In this document: positions 44,097-55,516 of the stretch, piece by piece
How the letters are laid out: each line of letters starts with the position of its first letter
Position numbering within the stretch: position 1 is the stretch's first letter
Assembly (NCBI RefSeq): GCF_009914755.1
Contig: NC_060925.1
DNA from: the human T2T-CHM13v2.0 reference genome, Homo sapiens
DNA length: 64,000 nucleotides
Strand: one strand, 5' to 3'
Translations under genes and position numbers: made by a program
Notes under the pieces: generated by a model
The model's database searches: none
What the model saw: only the letters and a program-made list of their open reading frames with translations
Told to the model about the DNA's origin: nothing

Positions 44097-47000
44097 GGGC
44101 CAAGATGGCCAACTAGAAGCAGTGGTGATTGGAAGCTCCCATCAAAAAGATCCAAAACAGCATGCGAACCCTGCACTGGCAACAGAGGTATCCAGGTTCT
44201 GTCATTAGGACTGACTAGGCAGCTGGCATGACCCATGAAGAGGAAGGAAAAGCAGTGTGGTGCGGCTGCTTACCATCTCCCTTGACTGGGGGTGGGGGCT
44301 CCCCTGCCACATGTAGCTATCAGGTGGCAGGGGAGCCCCCACCCCCAGCCAAGGGAGGTGGTGAGTGAGCATGTCACCCAGCCTGGGAAACCATGACGTT
44401 TCCATGAAACTGTGCAACCCATTGGAAGATCCTACTCATGAGCCCATGCCACCGGGGCCTTGGGTCCCAACCATGGAGTGGCAAAGAATCACAACAGCCA
44501 CTTTGCTAGAATTGGCCTAAGCTTGCCAAGTTCTCCAGGGGAGGGGCGGCCATCACTACTGCTGTAGCTGCCTGCTGTCTAATAGTACTGAGTTCCTTAG
44601 GGGAGGGGCAGCAGCCTACACTGTGGCTGCATGGCCTCCCTGCAGGAACTACAATTCCATTCAGGGGCTCAGGGACAGAACTCTGATCCCCCTAAGCCTG
44701 AGCCCCTGGGCAGCCCAGACAAGTGGGTTTCACCCCACTGCAGCACACCCTCTCCACCAAGGGACACCAAAGTGCTTCATTAAACAGGTCCTGCTTCCCA
44801 TGCCACCCAACTGGGTGAGAACCCCCACAACAGGGGCTGTCAGTTATGCTATACAGGAATGTTCCTACTGGCATCAAGTTGGTACCCCTCAAGGTCAGAG
44901 ATCCCAGAGGAAGGAGCAGGCACCCATCTTTGCTGTTCTCCAGGCTCCTTGAATGACATCTCTAGGCACGGGAGCTAACCAGATGAATAGGCCTTGAAGT
45001 GAACTCCCAGCAAACCGCAGCAGCCCTAGAGAAGAGGGACCTGACTATTGAAAGAAAAACAAACAAACAGAAAGCAACAAATGACAGCATCAACAAAAAA
45101 TGTCACCACAAAAACCTCATCCAAGGGTCAGCAGCCTCAAAGATTGAAACTGGACAAATGCATGAAGATGAGAAAGAATCAATGAAAAAAATGCTGAAAA
45201 CCCAAAAGGCCAGAGTGCCTCTCCTCCTCCAAATGATTGCAACACCTCTCCAGCAAGGGCACAGAACTGGATGGAGAATGAGATGGACGAATTGAGAGAA
45301 GTAGGCCTCAGAACATGAGTAATAACAAACTTTGCTGAGGTAAAGGAGCATGTTCTAACCCAATGCAAAGAAGCTAGAACCATGACGAAAGGTTAGAGGA
45401 GCTGCTAACTAGAATATCCGGTTTAGAGAGGAACATAAATGACCTGATGGAGCTGAAAAAATGCAGCATGAGAACTTCATGAAGTATACACAAGTATCAA
45501 TAACCAAATCAATCAAGCAGAAGAAAGAATATCATAGATGGAAGACTATCTTGCTGAAATAAGGCAGGCAGACAAAATTAAAGAAAAAAGAATCAAAAAG
45601 AATGAACAAAACCTCCAACAAATATGGAGTTATGTAAAAATACTGAACCTACAACTGATTGGAGTACCTGAAAGAGACAGGGAGAATGGAGTTAACACAC
45701 TTTAGGATATTATCCAGGAGAACTTCCCCAACCTAGCAAGACAAGTCAACATTCAAATTGAGGAAATACGGAGAATGCCACTAAGATACTCCACGAGAAG
45801 ACCCACCCAAACGCACATAATCGTCAGATTCTCCAAGGCTGAAATGAAGGGAAAAATGTTAAAAAAAAACATGTTAAAAATGTTAAGGGCCGCCAGAGAG
45901 AAAGACTCTGCAAAACACGTGAAAATATAAAGACCAATGACACTATGAAGAAAAGGCATCAACTAGTGTGCAAAATAACCAGCTAGCATCATGATGACAG
46001 GATCAAATTCACACATAATAATATTAACCTTAAATGTAAATGGGATAAATGCCCCAATTAAAAGACACAGACTGGCAAATTTGATAAAGAGTCAAGACCC
46101 ATCTGTGTGCCATATTGAAGAGACTCACGTCACGTGCAAAGACACACATAGGCTCAAAATAAAGGGATGGAGGAAAATTTTCCAAGCAAATGGAAAGCAG
46201 AAAAAAGCAGGGGTTGCAATCCTAGTCTCTGACAAAACAGACTTTAAACCAACAAAGATCAAAAAAGACAAAGAAGGGCATTACATAATGGTAAAGGGAT
46301 CAATTCAACAAGAAGAGCTAACTATCCTAAATATATTTGCACCTAAATATAGGAGCATCCAGATTCATAAAACAAGTTCTTAGAGACCTAAAAAGAGACT
46401 TAGACTCCCATAAAACATTAGTGGGAGACTTTAACACCTCACTGTCAATATTAGATAGATCAATGAGACAGAAAATTAACAAGGATATTCAGGACTTGAA
46501 CTCAGCACTGGATCAAGTGGAACTAATAGATATCTATGAAACTCTCCACCCCAAATCAACAGAATATACATTCTTAGTGTCACATGGCACTTATTCTAAA
46601 ACTGACCACTTAATTGGAAGTAAAACACTCCTCAGCAAATGCAAAAGAACAGAAATCATAACAAACAGTCTCACAGACCACAGTGCAATCAAATTAGAAC
46701 TCAGGAATAAGAAACCCACTCAAAACCACACAGCTACATGGAAATTGAACAACCTGCTCCTGAATGACTCCTGGGTAAATAATGAAATTAAGGTGGAAAT
46801 CAAGAAATTCTTTGAAACCAATGAAAACAAAGAGACAACATTCCATAATCTCTGGGATGCAGCTAAAGCAGTGTTAAGTGGGAAATTTATAGCAGTAACT
46901 GCCCACATCAGAAAGCTAGAAAGATCTCAAATTGATACCCTAACATCACAAAAGAACTAGAGAAGCAAGAGCAAACAAAGCCAAAAGCTAGCAGAAGACA

Positions 47001-50000
47001 AGAAATAACTAAGATCAGAGTGGAACTGAAGGAGACAGAGACATGAAAAACCCTTCAAAAAAATCAATGAATCCAGGAGCTGGTTTTTTGAAAAAATTAA
47101 CAAAATAGATAGCCCACTGGCTGGACAAAGAAGAAAAGAGAGAAGAATCAAATAGACACAATAAAAAGTGATAAAGAGGATATCACCACTGACCCCACAG
47201 AAATACAAACTACCATCAGAGAATACTATAAACAGCTCTATGCAAATAAACTAGGAAATCTAGAAGAAATGGATGAACTCCTGGATGAATACACCCTCCT
47301 AACACTAAACCAGGAAGAAGTCGAATCCCTGAATAGACCAATAAAAAGTTCTGAAGTTGAGGCAGTAATAAAAAGCCTAGCAACCAAAAGAAGCACAGGA
47401 CCAGGCAGGTTCACGGCCAAATTCTACCAGAGGTACAAAGAGGAGCTGGTACCATTACTTCAGAAATTATTCCAAACAATTGAAAAGGAGGGACTCCTTG
47501 CTAACTCATTTTATGAGGCTAGCATCATCCTGATACCAAAACCTGGCGGAGACACAACAACAAAAAAAAACTTCAGACCAGTACCCCTGATGAACATCAA
47601 TGCAAAAATCCTCCATAAAATATTGGCAAATGGAATCTAGCAACACATCAAAAAGCTTACTCAGCATAATCAAATCAGCTTCATCTCTGGGATGTAAGGC
47701 TGGTTTAACATATGCAAATCAGTAAACGTAATACATCACATACACAGAACCAATGACAAAAACTACATGATTATCTCAATAGATACAGAAAAGGCCTTCA
47801 ATAAAATTCGACATCCCTTCATGTTAAAAACTCTTAATAAACTAGGTATTGATGGAACATATATCAAAATTACAAGAGCTATTTATGACAAACCCACAGC
47901 CAATATCATACTGAATGGGCAAAAGCTGGAAGCATTTCCTTTGAAAACCAGCACAAGACAAGCATGCCCTCTCTCACCACTCCTATTCAACATAGTATTG
48001 AAAGTTCTGGCCAGAGAGATTAGGCAAGAGAAAGAAATATAGGGTATTCAAATAGGAAGAGAGGAAGTCAAATTGTCTCTGTTTGCAGACAACATGATTG
48101 TATATTTAGAAAACCCCATCTTCTCAGCCCCAAAACTCCTTAAGCTGATAAGCAACTTCAGCAGAGTCCAGGATACAAAATCAATGTGCAAAAATTACAA
48201 GCATTCCTATACACCACCAGTAGACAGAGAGCCAAATCATGAGTGAACTCCCATTCACAATTGCTATAAAGAGAACAAAATACCTAGAAATATAGCTAAC
48301 AAAGGATGTGAAGGACCTCTTTAAGGTTAATTACAAATCGCTGCTCAAGGAAATAAGAGGATGCAAACAAATGGAAAAACATTCCATCCTCATAGATAGG
48401 AAGAATCAGTTATGAAAATGGCCATACTGCCCAAAGTAATTTATAGATTCAATGTTATTCCCATTAAACTACTATTGACATTCTTAACAGAATTCGAAGA
48501 AACTACTTTAAAATTTATATGGAACCAAAAAAAGAAAAAAGAAAAAAAGCCCACATAGCCAAGGCAGTCCTAAGCAAAAAGAACAAAGCTAGAGGCATTA
48601 CACTACCTGACTTCAAACTATAGTCCAAGGTACAGTAACCAAAACAGCAAGGTACTAGTACCAAAACAGGCATATAGACCAATGGAACAGAATAGATACC
48701 TCAGAAATAAGACCACACATCTACAGCAATCTGATCTTTGACAAACTGGTCAAAAACAAGCAATGGGGAAAGGATTCCCTATTTAATAAATGGTGCTGGG
48801 TAAACTGGCTAGCCATATGCAGAAAACTGAAACTGGGCCCCTTCCTTACACCTTATACAAAAATTAACTCAAGATGGATTAAAGACTTAAATATAAAACC
48901 CCAAACCGTAAAAACCCTAGAAGAAAACCTAGGCAATACCATTCAGGACATAGGCATGGGCAAAGATTTTATGAAGAAATTTGCAAAAGCAATTGTAACA
49001 GAAGCTATAATTGATAAATGTGATCTAATTAAACTAAAGAGCTTCCACATGGCAAAAGAAACTATTATGAGAGTGAACAGGCAACCTACAGAATAGGAGA
49101 AAATTTTTGCAAACTACCCATCTGACAAAGGACTAATATTCAGAATTTACAAGGAACTTAAATTTACAAGAAAAAAACAACCCCATCAAAAAGTGGGCAA
49201 GGGATATGAACAGAGGGAGGTCATTCATTCTTAAAAGAAGACATTTGTGTGGCTGACAAACTATTAAAAAAGCTCAACATCACTGATCATTGGAGAAATG
49301 CAAATAAAACCACAATGAGATACCATCTCATGCTGGTCAGAATGGCAATTATGAAAAAGTCAAGAAACAACAGATGCTGATGAGGCTGTGGAGAAATAGG
49401 AACACTTTTACACTGTTAGTGGGAATGTAAATTAGTTCAACCATTGTGAAAGACAGTGTGGCAATTCTTCAAGCATCTAGAACCAGAAATACCACTTGAC
49501 CCAGCAATCCCATCACTGAGTATATATGCAACAGAATATAGATAATTCTATTATAAAAATACATGCACATGTATGTTTATTGCAGCACTATTCACAGTAG
49601 CAAAGGCATGGAACCAACTCAAGTGCCCATCAATGTTAGACTGGATAAGGAAAATGTGGTACATATATACCATGGAATACTATGCAGCCGTAAAAAGGAA
49701 TGAGACCATGTTCTTTGCAGGGACATGGATGAAGCTGGAAGCCATCATCCTCAGCAAACTAACACAGGAACAGAAAGCCAAACATTGCATGTTCTCACTG
49801 ATAAGTGGGAATTGAACAATGAGAACACATGGACACAGGGAGGGGAACAACACACACTGGGGCCTGTTGGGATGAGGACGAGGGGAAGGAGAGCATCAAG
49901 ACAAATAGCTAATGCACAAGGGGCTTAAAACCCAGGTGACGGGTTAATAGGTGCAGCAAGCCACCATGGCACACTTATACCTATGTAACAAAACTGCACG

Positions 50001-50054
50001 TTCTACACGTGTATCCCGGAACTTAAAGTAAAAAAGTAATAAATTTTTTTTAAA
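44097..50054 (+). mobile_element. Full-length degraded L1PA8/8A/10-type element with an ORF1 deletion
   Basis: Starts GGGCCAAGATGGCC; 3' UTR ends GAACTTAAAGTAAAAA. TSD AAGAACATTTGG (44077-44088 / 50055-50066). ORF1 jumps at ~45903 (GAGAAAG|ACT) to near its end. Confidence 0.93.
45991..49815 (+). pseudogene. L1 ORF2p remnant with many stops and frameshifts
   Basis: ORF pieces 45991-46383, 46337-46960, 47269-47640, 47767-48042 and 49573-49815. Confidence 0.93.
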
Positions 50055-50379
50055 AAGAACATTTGGACTGTTATTCTTACAGAATATTTTCAGTAAAAAC
50101 TAGATGAAATTATTCCTCATTTTAACTATTTTTGTTTGCTGATATTAAATCATCTGCATGAGAACTCACTCTCTTCCACAGCATTGGATTAAATGTCTAT
50201 TCATAATCTCCTGATTTTCTAGATTTCATGCCAACCAATCAGGAGGTAGGATAAAATTATCTCATATAGATTACAAACACAACTGAATTAAGACACAGCT
50301 TGCTTTACATAGTTTATTAGGTACTTTGTAAAATAAACTAGATTAAAACATTATTATCACGATTAACAGCACAGTGCAG

Positions 50380-50617
50380 TGAATATGGTATAGATTAATG
50401 CTTAACTCCTTGGGCTCTGGAAGTAAGGCGCCTGTGTCATACTTACTAACTTCATGGTACTGGACACATTACTTCCATATTTTAACATTAAGTTTCCTCA
50501 CCTGTAAAATGGAGATTAAAATGTACTGAGTTATAGTGATAACTAAACGAGTTAATATATGTAAAGCATTTGAACAGTTTTGGCATACACTGAGTTCCCA
50601 ATTAATGTTAGCTATTA
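50380..50617 (+). mobile_element. MIR
   Basis: AGTTTCCTCACCTGTAAAATGGAGAT core and AATGTTAGCTATTA end. Confidence 0.8.
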
Positions 50618-51206
50618 GTTAAAGACCAGATTTTTGTGAGCAGAATATTATAATTGCAGTTGTTTTATGTCAGTTTTTCCTGAATTTATTTTCTCATCTT
50701 ATTCAACAAATAATTTTTGAACTTCTAAATATGTGCCAGGCATGGATTCCACATGAAGCCCACTGTGTGTTGAGTGTATATATATATATATATGTATATA
50801 CATATATGAGTATATACATATATATGAGTATATACATATATATATATGAATCTCTGTATTTTGAAGTTTAATGTATTCATGTTTAATATATTCACGTTGG
50901 CCTCACTGGAACCAAAGATGGTGTTGCTAAAGTGCACAGGGTTGTTGTTATAGTTTTGTCCTTACTACTAATTCACCAAGTCATTTGAGCACACGTCACT
51001 CTTCCTTTCTGACCCTCATTTTTCTCTTCAATAAAGTCAGAGAGGAAAATAGGGGTTGAACTGGATAGTTTCCAAGTTCTTTCCAACTTTAAAATCCCAG
51101 TGGTATATAAGCAATGTCCATCTCTGTTTCCTTGTACCTGTCTAGAGGATCTGACATGAAATGTTGCATATCGTAGGGCCGTTGTGTCATAGACTGGCTC
51201 AGTGAT

Positions 51207-51633
51207 TGTATTAGTGTGTTCTCACATTGTCATAAGGAAATACCTGAGGTGAGGTCATTTATAAAGAAAAGAGGTTTAATTGGCTCACAGTTTCACAGTC
51301 TGTACATGAAGCATGATGCTGGCATCTGCTTGGTTTCTAGGGAGGCCTCAGGAAACCTACAATCATGGCGGAAGGCAAAGGGGGAGCGCACACTTCACAT
51401 AGCTAGAGTAGGAGCAAGAGAGAGGGAGTGAAGTGGATGCCACATACTTTTAAACAACCATATCTTGCAAGGACTCATCCACTGTCATGAGAACAGCACC
51501 AATGGGATGGTGCTAGACCATTCATGAGAAATCCACCCCCATGATCCAACACCTGCCACCAGACCCCACCTCCAACACTGGGGACCACAATTCAATATGA
51601 GATTTAGTAGGGACACAGGTCCAAACAATGTCA
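51207..51633 (-). mobile_element. MSTA solo LTR
   Basis: TGTATTAGTG...GCTGGCATCTGCTTGG...GATGGTGCTAGACCATTCATGAG...CCAAACAATGTCA. Confidence 0.92.
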
Positions 51634-52463
51634 ATGGTCAAGCCTATTTCAAAATATCTATCTTTCATAAAACATGAATAGTACTCTAAAGTAGCGCCAA
51701 TTCTCAAGGTGGTCACTTCAGCTTTTGACAACAGGAAAAAAATTAAAAAGGACAAGCAGGAAGAAAGAATAATGAGCTAGTAGTGTATTTTCAGTAGTGA
51801 GAGTACCTTCTCAAATGTAATTTGGTGCCCCCAAAATAAATGTGAGCTTCTGCCTCCTGAGCGTTTCAGAGTATGGGGAAGCACCCTTTAAAACTCTGCC
51901 CTGAAAAACCCTTCCCATTAGCCTGCTATCCTAAACATTGCCCTGCCTCCTTGATGAAGTAGTCTGACCCCTCTGACAAGAGTTCCCACACCATCTCTTC
52001 ACGCCTTGTTGGTTTAGTTTCACATGATGGATGACATGACACGCAGTCAGCAGGGCTGCTGGTACCTGCTCTGTAAATGAAGCTGGTATCGTGCTGCCAA
52101 AGGCAGAGTGACCATCTCTCAATTCCGGCTGAGCATTTTGACTTCGGGTTTTCAAGTATGGAAGCTGGTGATTTATGAGACACAAAAAAGCATAAATGGC
52201 CTTCCATTTCTTCAACAAGGATAGACTCCCTCTATAACCCCCAACCCATGCTTCCTGTGCAGGGTAACACTGCTCTGGCAGGAACAGCATAGCACCCCTT
52301 GTCCACAAACCAAAACCACAAAAGCCAAAATGTGTTTTCTCAGTCTTTCCCTAGGTTCTTTGCTGGTGACTGACAAACGAAGTGCCCCTGTGAACCATCT
52401 CAGCTACAACACTTCACCTGTGTGGGCTTCTAAACAAGCTGATGATCAAAGATGTGTTGGGGG

Positions 52464-52584
52464 TAGGGTGACCAAATATTCTTGTTTTTTCCAGTATTGA
52501 GGGGTTTCCTGGGACAGGAGAATATGAACAATCCCAGGAGGCATATTACTTCCAATACTAAAACCTGGATGATTCGGTCACCTA
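52464..52584. mobile_element. MER81-like hAT-Blackjack MITE
   Basis: TIRs TAGGGTGACC / GGTCACCTA; internal TGAGGGGTTTCCTGGGAC; degenerate 8-bp TSD. Confidence 0.75.
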
Positions 52585-53519
52585 TTTGGAGGTGGGGCCT
52601 TGGGAGGAATGATGTGGGATGGAGTGAAGAGTAGCATTAAACTCCAGGTTGCAGTGGAAATGTCCAGGGCACATTACCTGGTAAGTAAATACTTTTCTGA
52701 TGATAACATCACTGTCACTGAAGCCCTGTCAAAACAATGTGTACCTTTGTCTAGTACAGAATAGATGCTCAGGAATTATTTGAGTTTATTTTGAATTAGC
52801 AAATAGTGAAGCCAACTAGACTGACACAGCACCATGGATCTAGTAGCCTTTATGTGAACTTGCCATGGGTCAAATTGCTCCCTGAGGCTGGAATGGAGCT
52901 CCATCTAGAAGTGGGAAGTGAGTTATCCAGCATATCATATCAGAAGGAACTGCATCTTATGGGTAACCCTACAGTGTTTGGCCAGTAAATACAATAAATA
53001 CAATTTTACAATTGCCGCTAAATACATCTTTGGTGATTGTCAAATGCATTGATCCTGTTATAAACCTGTTTTTTCTTACTCTAACTCTCACATACAAAGA
53101 TGGGAGTGGTATGCACTTTTTTGAGTGACATTTTCTTATAGGAAAAAGGAGAAAAAATGACTTTGATTTTTGTAATCATTCATTATGGTTATTAGTGAAT
53201 AGGAGTATGAAACCATTTAGAGTTTGAAAAATATTTCAGACACTTTTTCAGGCATAGAAGTCTTGCAAAACAAGGCAAACTCCAGGGAACTCTTCCTTTC
53301 CATTCTTATGGCAGCCTTCTTTTGAAGGTTATGTAATTGATACTTTCTTGATTCATTTAGCCTGAACTCATCTAAATGTGACTTTGTAAGACATATTAAC
53401 TGCTTAAGCAGCAACTTGAGATTTAAAATAGGCTTTTAAAGGTCTTCTGGCCTTAAGAGCAGGAAATGACATATCGACCAAAACAACCACTTTAATTCTG
53501 TATGTTTGCTTTTTGTAAA

Positions 53520-53685
53520 ATAAAGAAGAGGAAAGAAAGAAGAAAATAAATAAATTAAATAAATAAAGAGAAAGAGAAAGAAGGAAAGGAAGAAGAAAGA
53601 AAGAGGAAAGAAAAGAAAGAAAGGAAAAGAAAGAAAAAAGAAAGAAAGAAGAGAAAGAAAGAAAAGTGAGACATAAAGAAAAGAC
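53520..53685. repeat. GA-rich polypurine low-complexity tract
   Basis: Read directly; source of the F/L-rich ORF 53436-53687. Confidence 0.9.
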
Positions 53686-53914
53686 ACAGATGCTGCATAA
53701 CTAGATTCTAAAGTTTAAAAACCTATTCCCTGAGATTTAGACTGAGAGACTAAGGAGAGTCTACTCTGGTGATTTTTACTGATCCCTCTTGCATCCAAGT
53801 TAATAGAAATGTCCTCTGAATGGAAACAGATTTGAGATCCTGATTCCCTCATGCTCCTTAACAGACTCTGATATTTCAATGTCTATGTGAGTGGTCCTCA
53901 GACCTCTGGGAGGC

Positions 53915-54170
53915 TTTATGGTAGAGTGACACAGCAAATCTCTGGTATCCTGATGAGTTCAAACCCCAGATTTGCCACTAAACAGCTCTGAGGCTCAGGA
54001 CAAGAAGCTTAATGATTTTCTGTTTCAGTTTTCTTGTCTGCAAAATGGGAATAATAAAAGTACTTTTCTCATAGAGTTGTTGAGAGGAATGAATGAGTTT
54101 ATGTTTGTAAACGACCTAAAACAATGCCTGACAAAATATGTGACATGGAAGTATTACTTATTAGCGAGCA
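53915..54170 (+). mobile_element. MIR
   Basis: GAGTTCAAACCCCAG...TCAGTTTTCTTGTCTGCAAAATGGGAATAATA. Confidence 0.8.
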
Positions 54171-54227
54171 TAAAAATCTTTTGAAGAGCCTAAACTCTTG
54201 AATTCATGAACTCTGAATCTCTAAATT

Positions 54228-54407
54228 AGTGTCTCCCCCATCCCGGTTGCATATTAAAATCATCTGGGATGCTTTAAAAAATTCCGCTGCCCAGATTGTT
54301 ACCTCAAGCAAATTGAATTCAGATGTCTGGGGGTGGGGCCCAGAAATCTGTGTTTTTTAAAAGTTTAATATGTGATGATGATGCACAGAGAATGTTGAGA
54401 GCCACTG
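54228..54407. mobile_element. MER5A (hAT-Charlie)
   Basis: TGCATATTAAAATCATCTGGG...GGGGTGGGGCCCAGAAATCTGTG...TTGAGAGCCACTG. Confidence 0.85.
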
Positions 54408-54794
54408 ATCTAAGCTCAAGATTGAGAACCAGCGCTTTAGAAGGGCTTTGTACGTCATATGTCAAGCTGTTTGTATGTTTGATCCTACCAGAGCTTCATC
54501 ATTCATTCATTATTTAGAAATATTTAAGTAAGACAACATTATTTTGTTTAAGGCTATAATTTTCCTGATGCTAGGGTGTCCCTCTGTTGCCATTCACACT
54601 CAAGTATCTAACATAGGACCAACATAGTAAAATTGCAATGGTGAAGGAGGCAGGGGTGAAAAAAAATGATTGTTGAATTTTACCATCTGTCTTCAAGATC
54701 ATGAGTATATTTGAAGACGGCAGAATCAGAAGTGGTTCAACTCAGAGGAGTGCTGTACATTGATCCCTGACCATTCCAATCATGCAATCAGAGA

Positions 54795-55264
54795 TTTTCT
54801 TTGTGAGGTTTTGCCCATTAGTCACAGGCCCATTTATTATCATCTGAAAGACAAAGGTCTTCTCTCCCTGGGCAGTGGCACCAAGGATGGCAAACCCTCA
54901 GGAGCTGCTGTGCTACCCCCAGAAGCAGGCCTTGAGGGCAGCGTCATGGGTGGCAGGAACAGCACCATCAGCTTGTTTAACAGGCTGGTAATCTTGGGAT
55001 CCTGGGCTTCTTCATAGGACTTGACCAAGCAGAACAACTTAACACCTTCCCATCGCAGCTGAAGGCACAGGCTCTGCTAACCTCCTGCTCCATCTGCATA
55101 GAAACATGAATTGAAGCATCTTGCCCAGGTTATTCATTCTGCACATTGTCCCAGGCCCCATCCATGTGCTTAGAGTTCTTCCGGGATGAGAAAGCCTGGA
55201 TCATCTCAGCTAGGACCACCTTGTCCAGGACTACTTTGGCCTGTTCGGCTCTCAGAGACACCAT
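54795..55264 (-). pseudogene. Processed pseudogene (retrocopy) of C12orf57/GRCC10 (protein C10)
   Basis: Minus-strand frames give LRAEQAKVVL..AEMIQAFS / NNLGKMLQF / QMEQEVSRACAFSCDG / LVKSYEEAQDPKITSLLNKLMVLFLPPMTLP..PASGGS. These are colinear with C12orf57 (LSAEQAKVVLAEVIQAFS..DMGKMLQF..QIQQEVIKAYGFSCDG..LVKSYEAQDPEIASLSGKLKALFLPPMTLP). No introns, several frameshifts, AATAAA at 54833-54838 and a decayed A tail at ~54795-54812. Confidence 0.92.
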
Positions 55265-55437
55265 AAGATAACAAAAGCTGCACAGGCAAGGGAGCCAAAC
55301 AGAAGTTTAGGAGGGATGAGCCACCTCCAAGAGCTGGCTGGTGGAAGGGGAGCAGCATTACCTATAGCCAGCAGCCTTTCTGCATGGTCTTACAGTTCCC
55401 ACCCTGAGCTCCCAAGATAAGATTATTATCTGATGGG

Positions 55438-55516
55438 CAAGTTATTTGCTAGGGAGAAAATAAACAAGCCAAGAGACAAGCTATTTGCTAGGGAGCAAAT
55501 AAATAAGCCAAGAGAC
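55438..55516. repeat. 39-bp tandem duplication (2 copies, 3 mismatches)
   Basis: CAAGTTATTTGCTAGGGAGAAAATAAACAAGCCAAGAGA followed by CAAGCTATTTGCTAGGGAGCAAATAAATAAGCCAAGAGA. Confidence 0.95.

Noticed and set aside
54687-54720. Small hairpin CTGTCTTCAA...TTGAAGACGG beside the retrocopy
   Set aside because: 10-bp arms with a mismatch are expected by chance, and it has no RNA-gene features.
54760-55017. 85-aa plus-strand ORF
   Set aside because: It is the antisense shadow of the GC-rich C12orf57 retrocopy.
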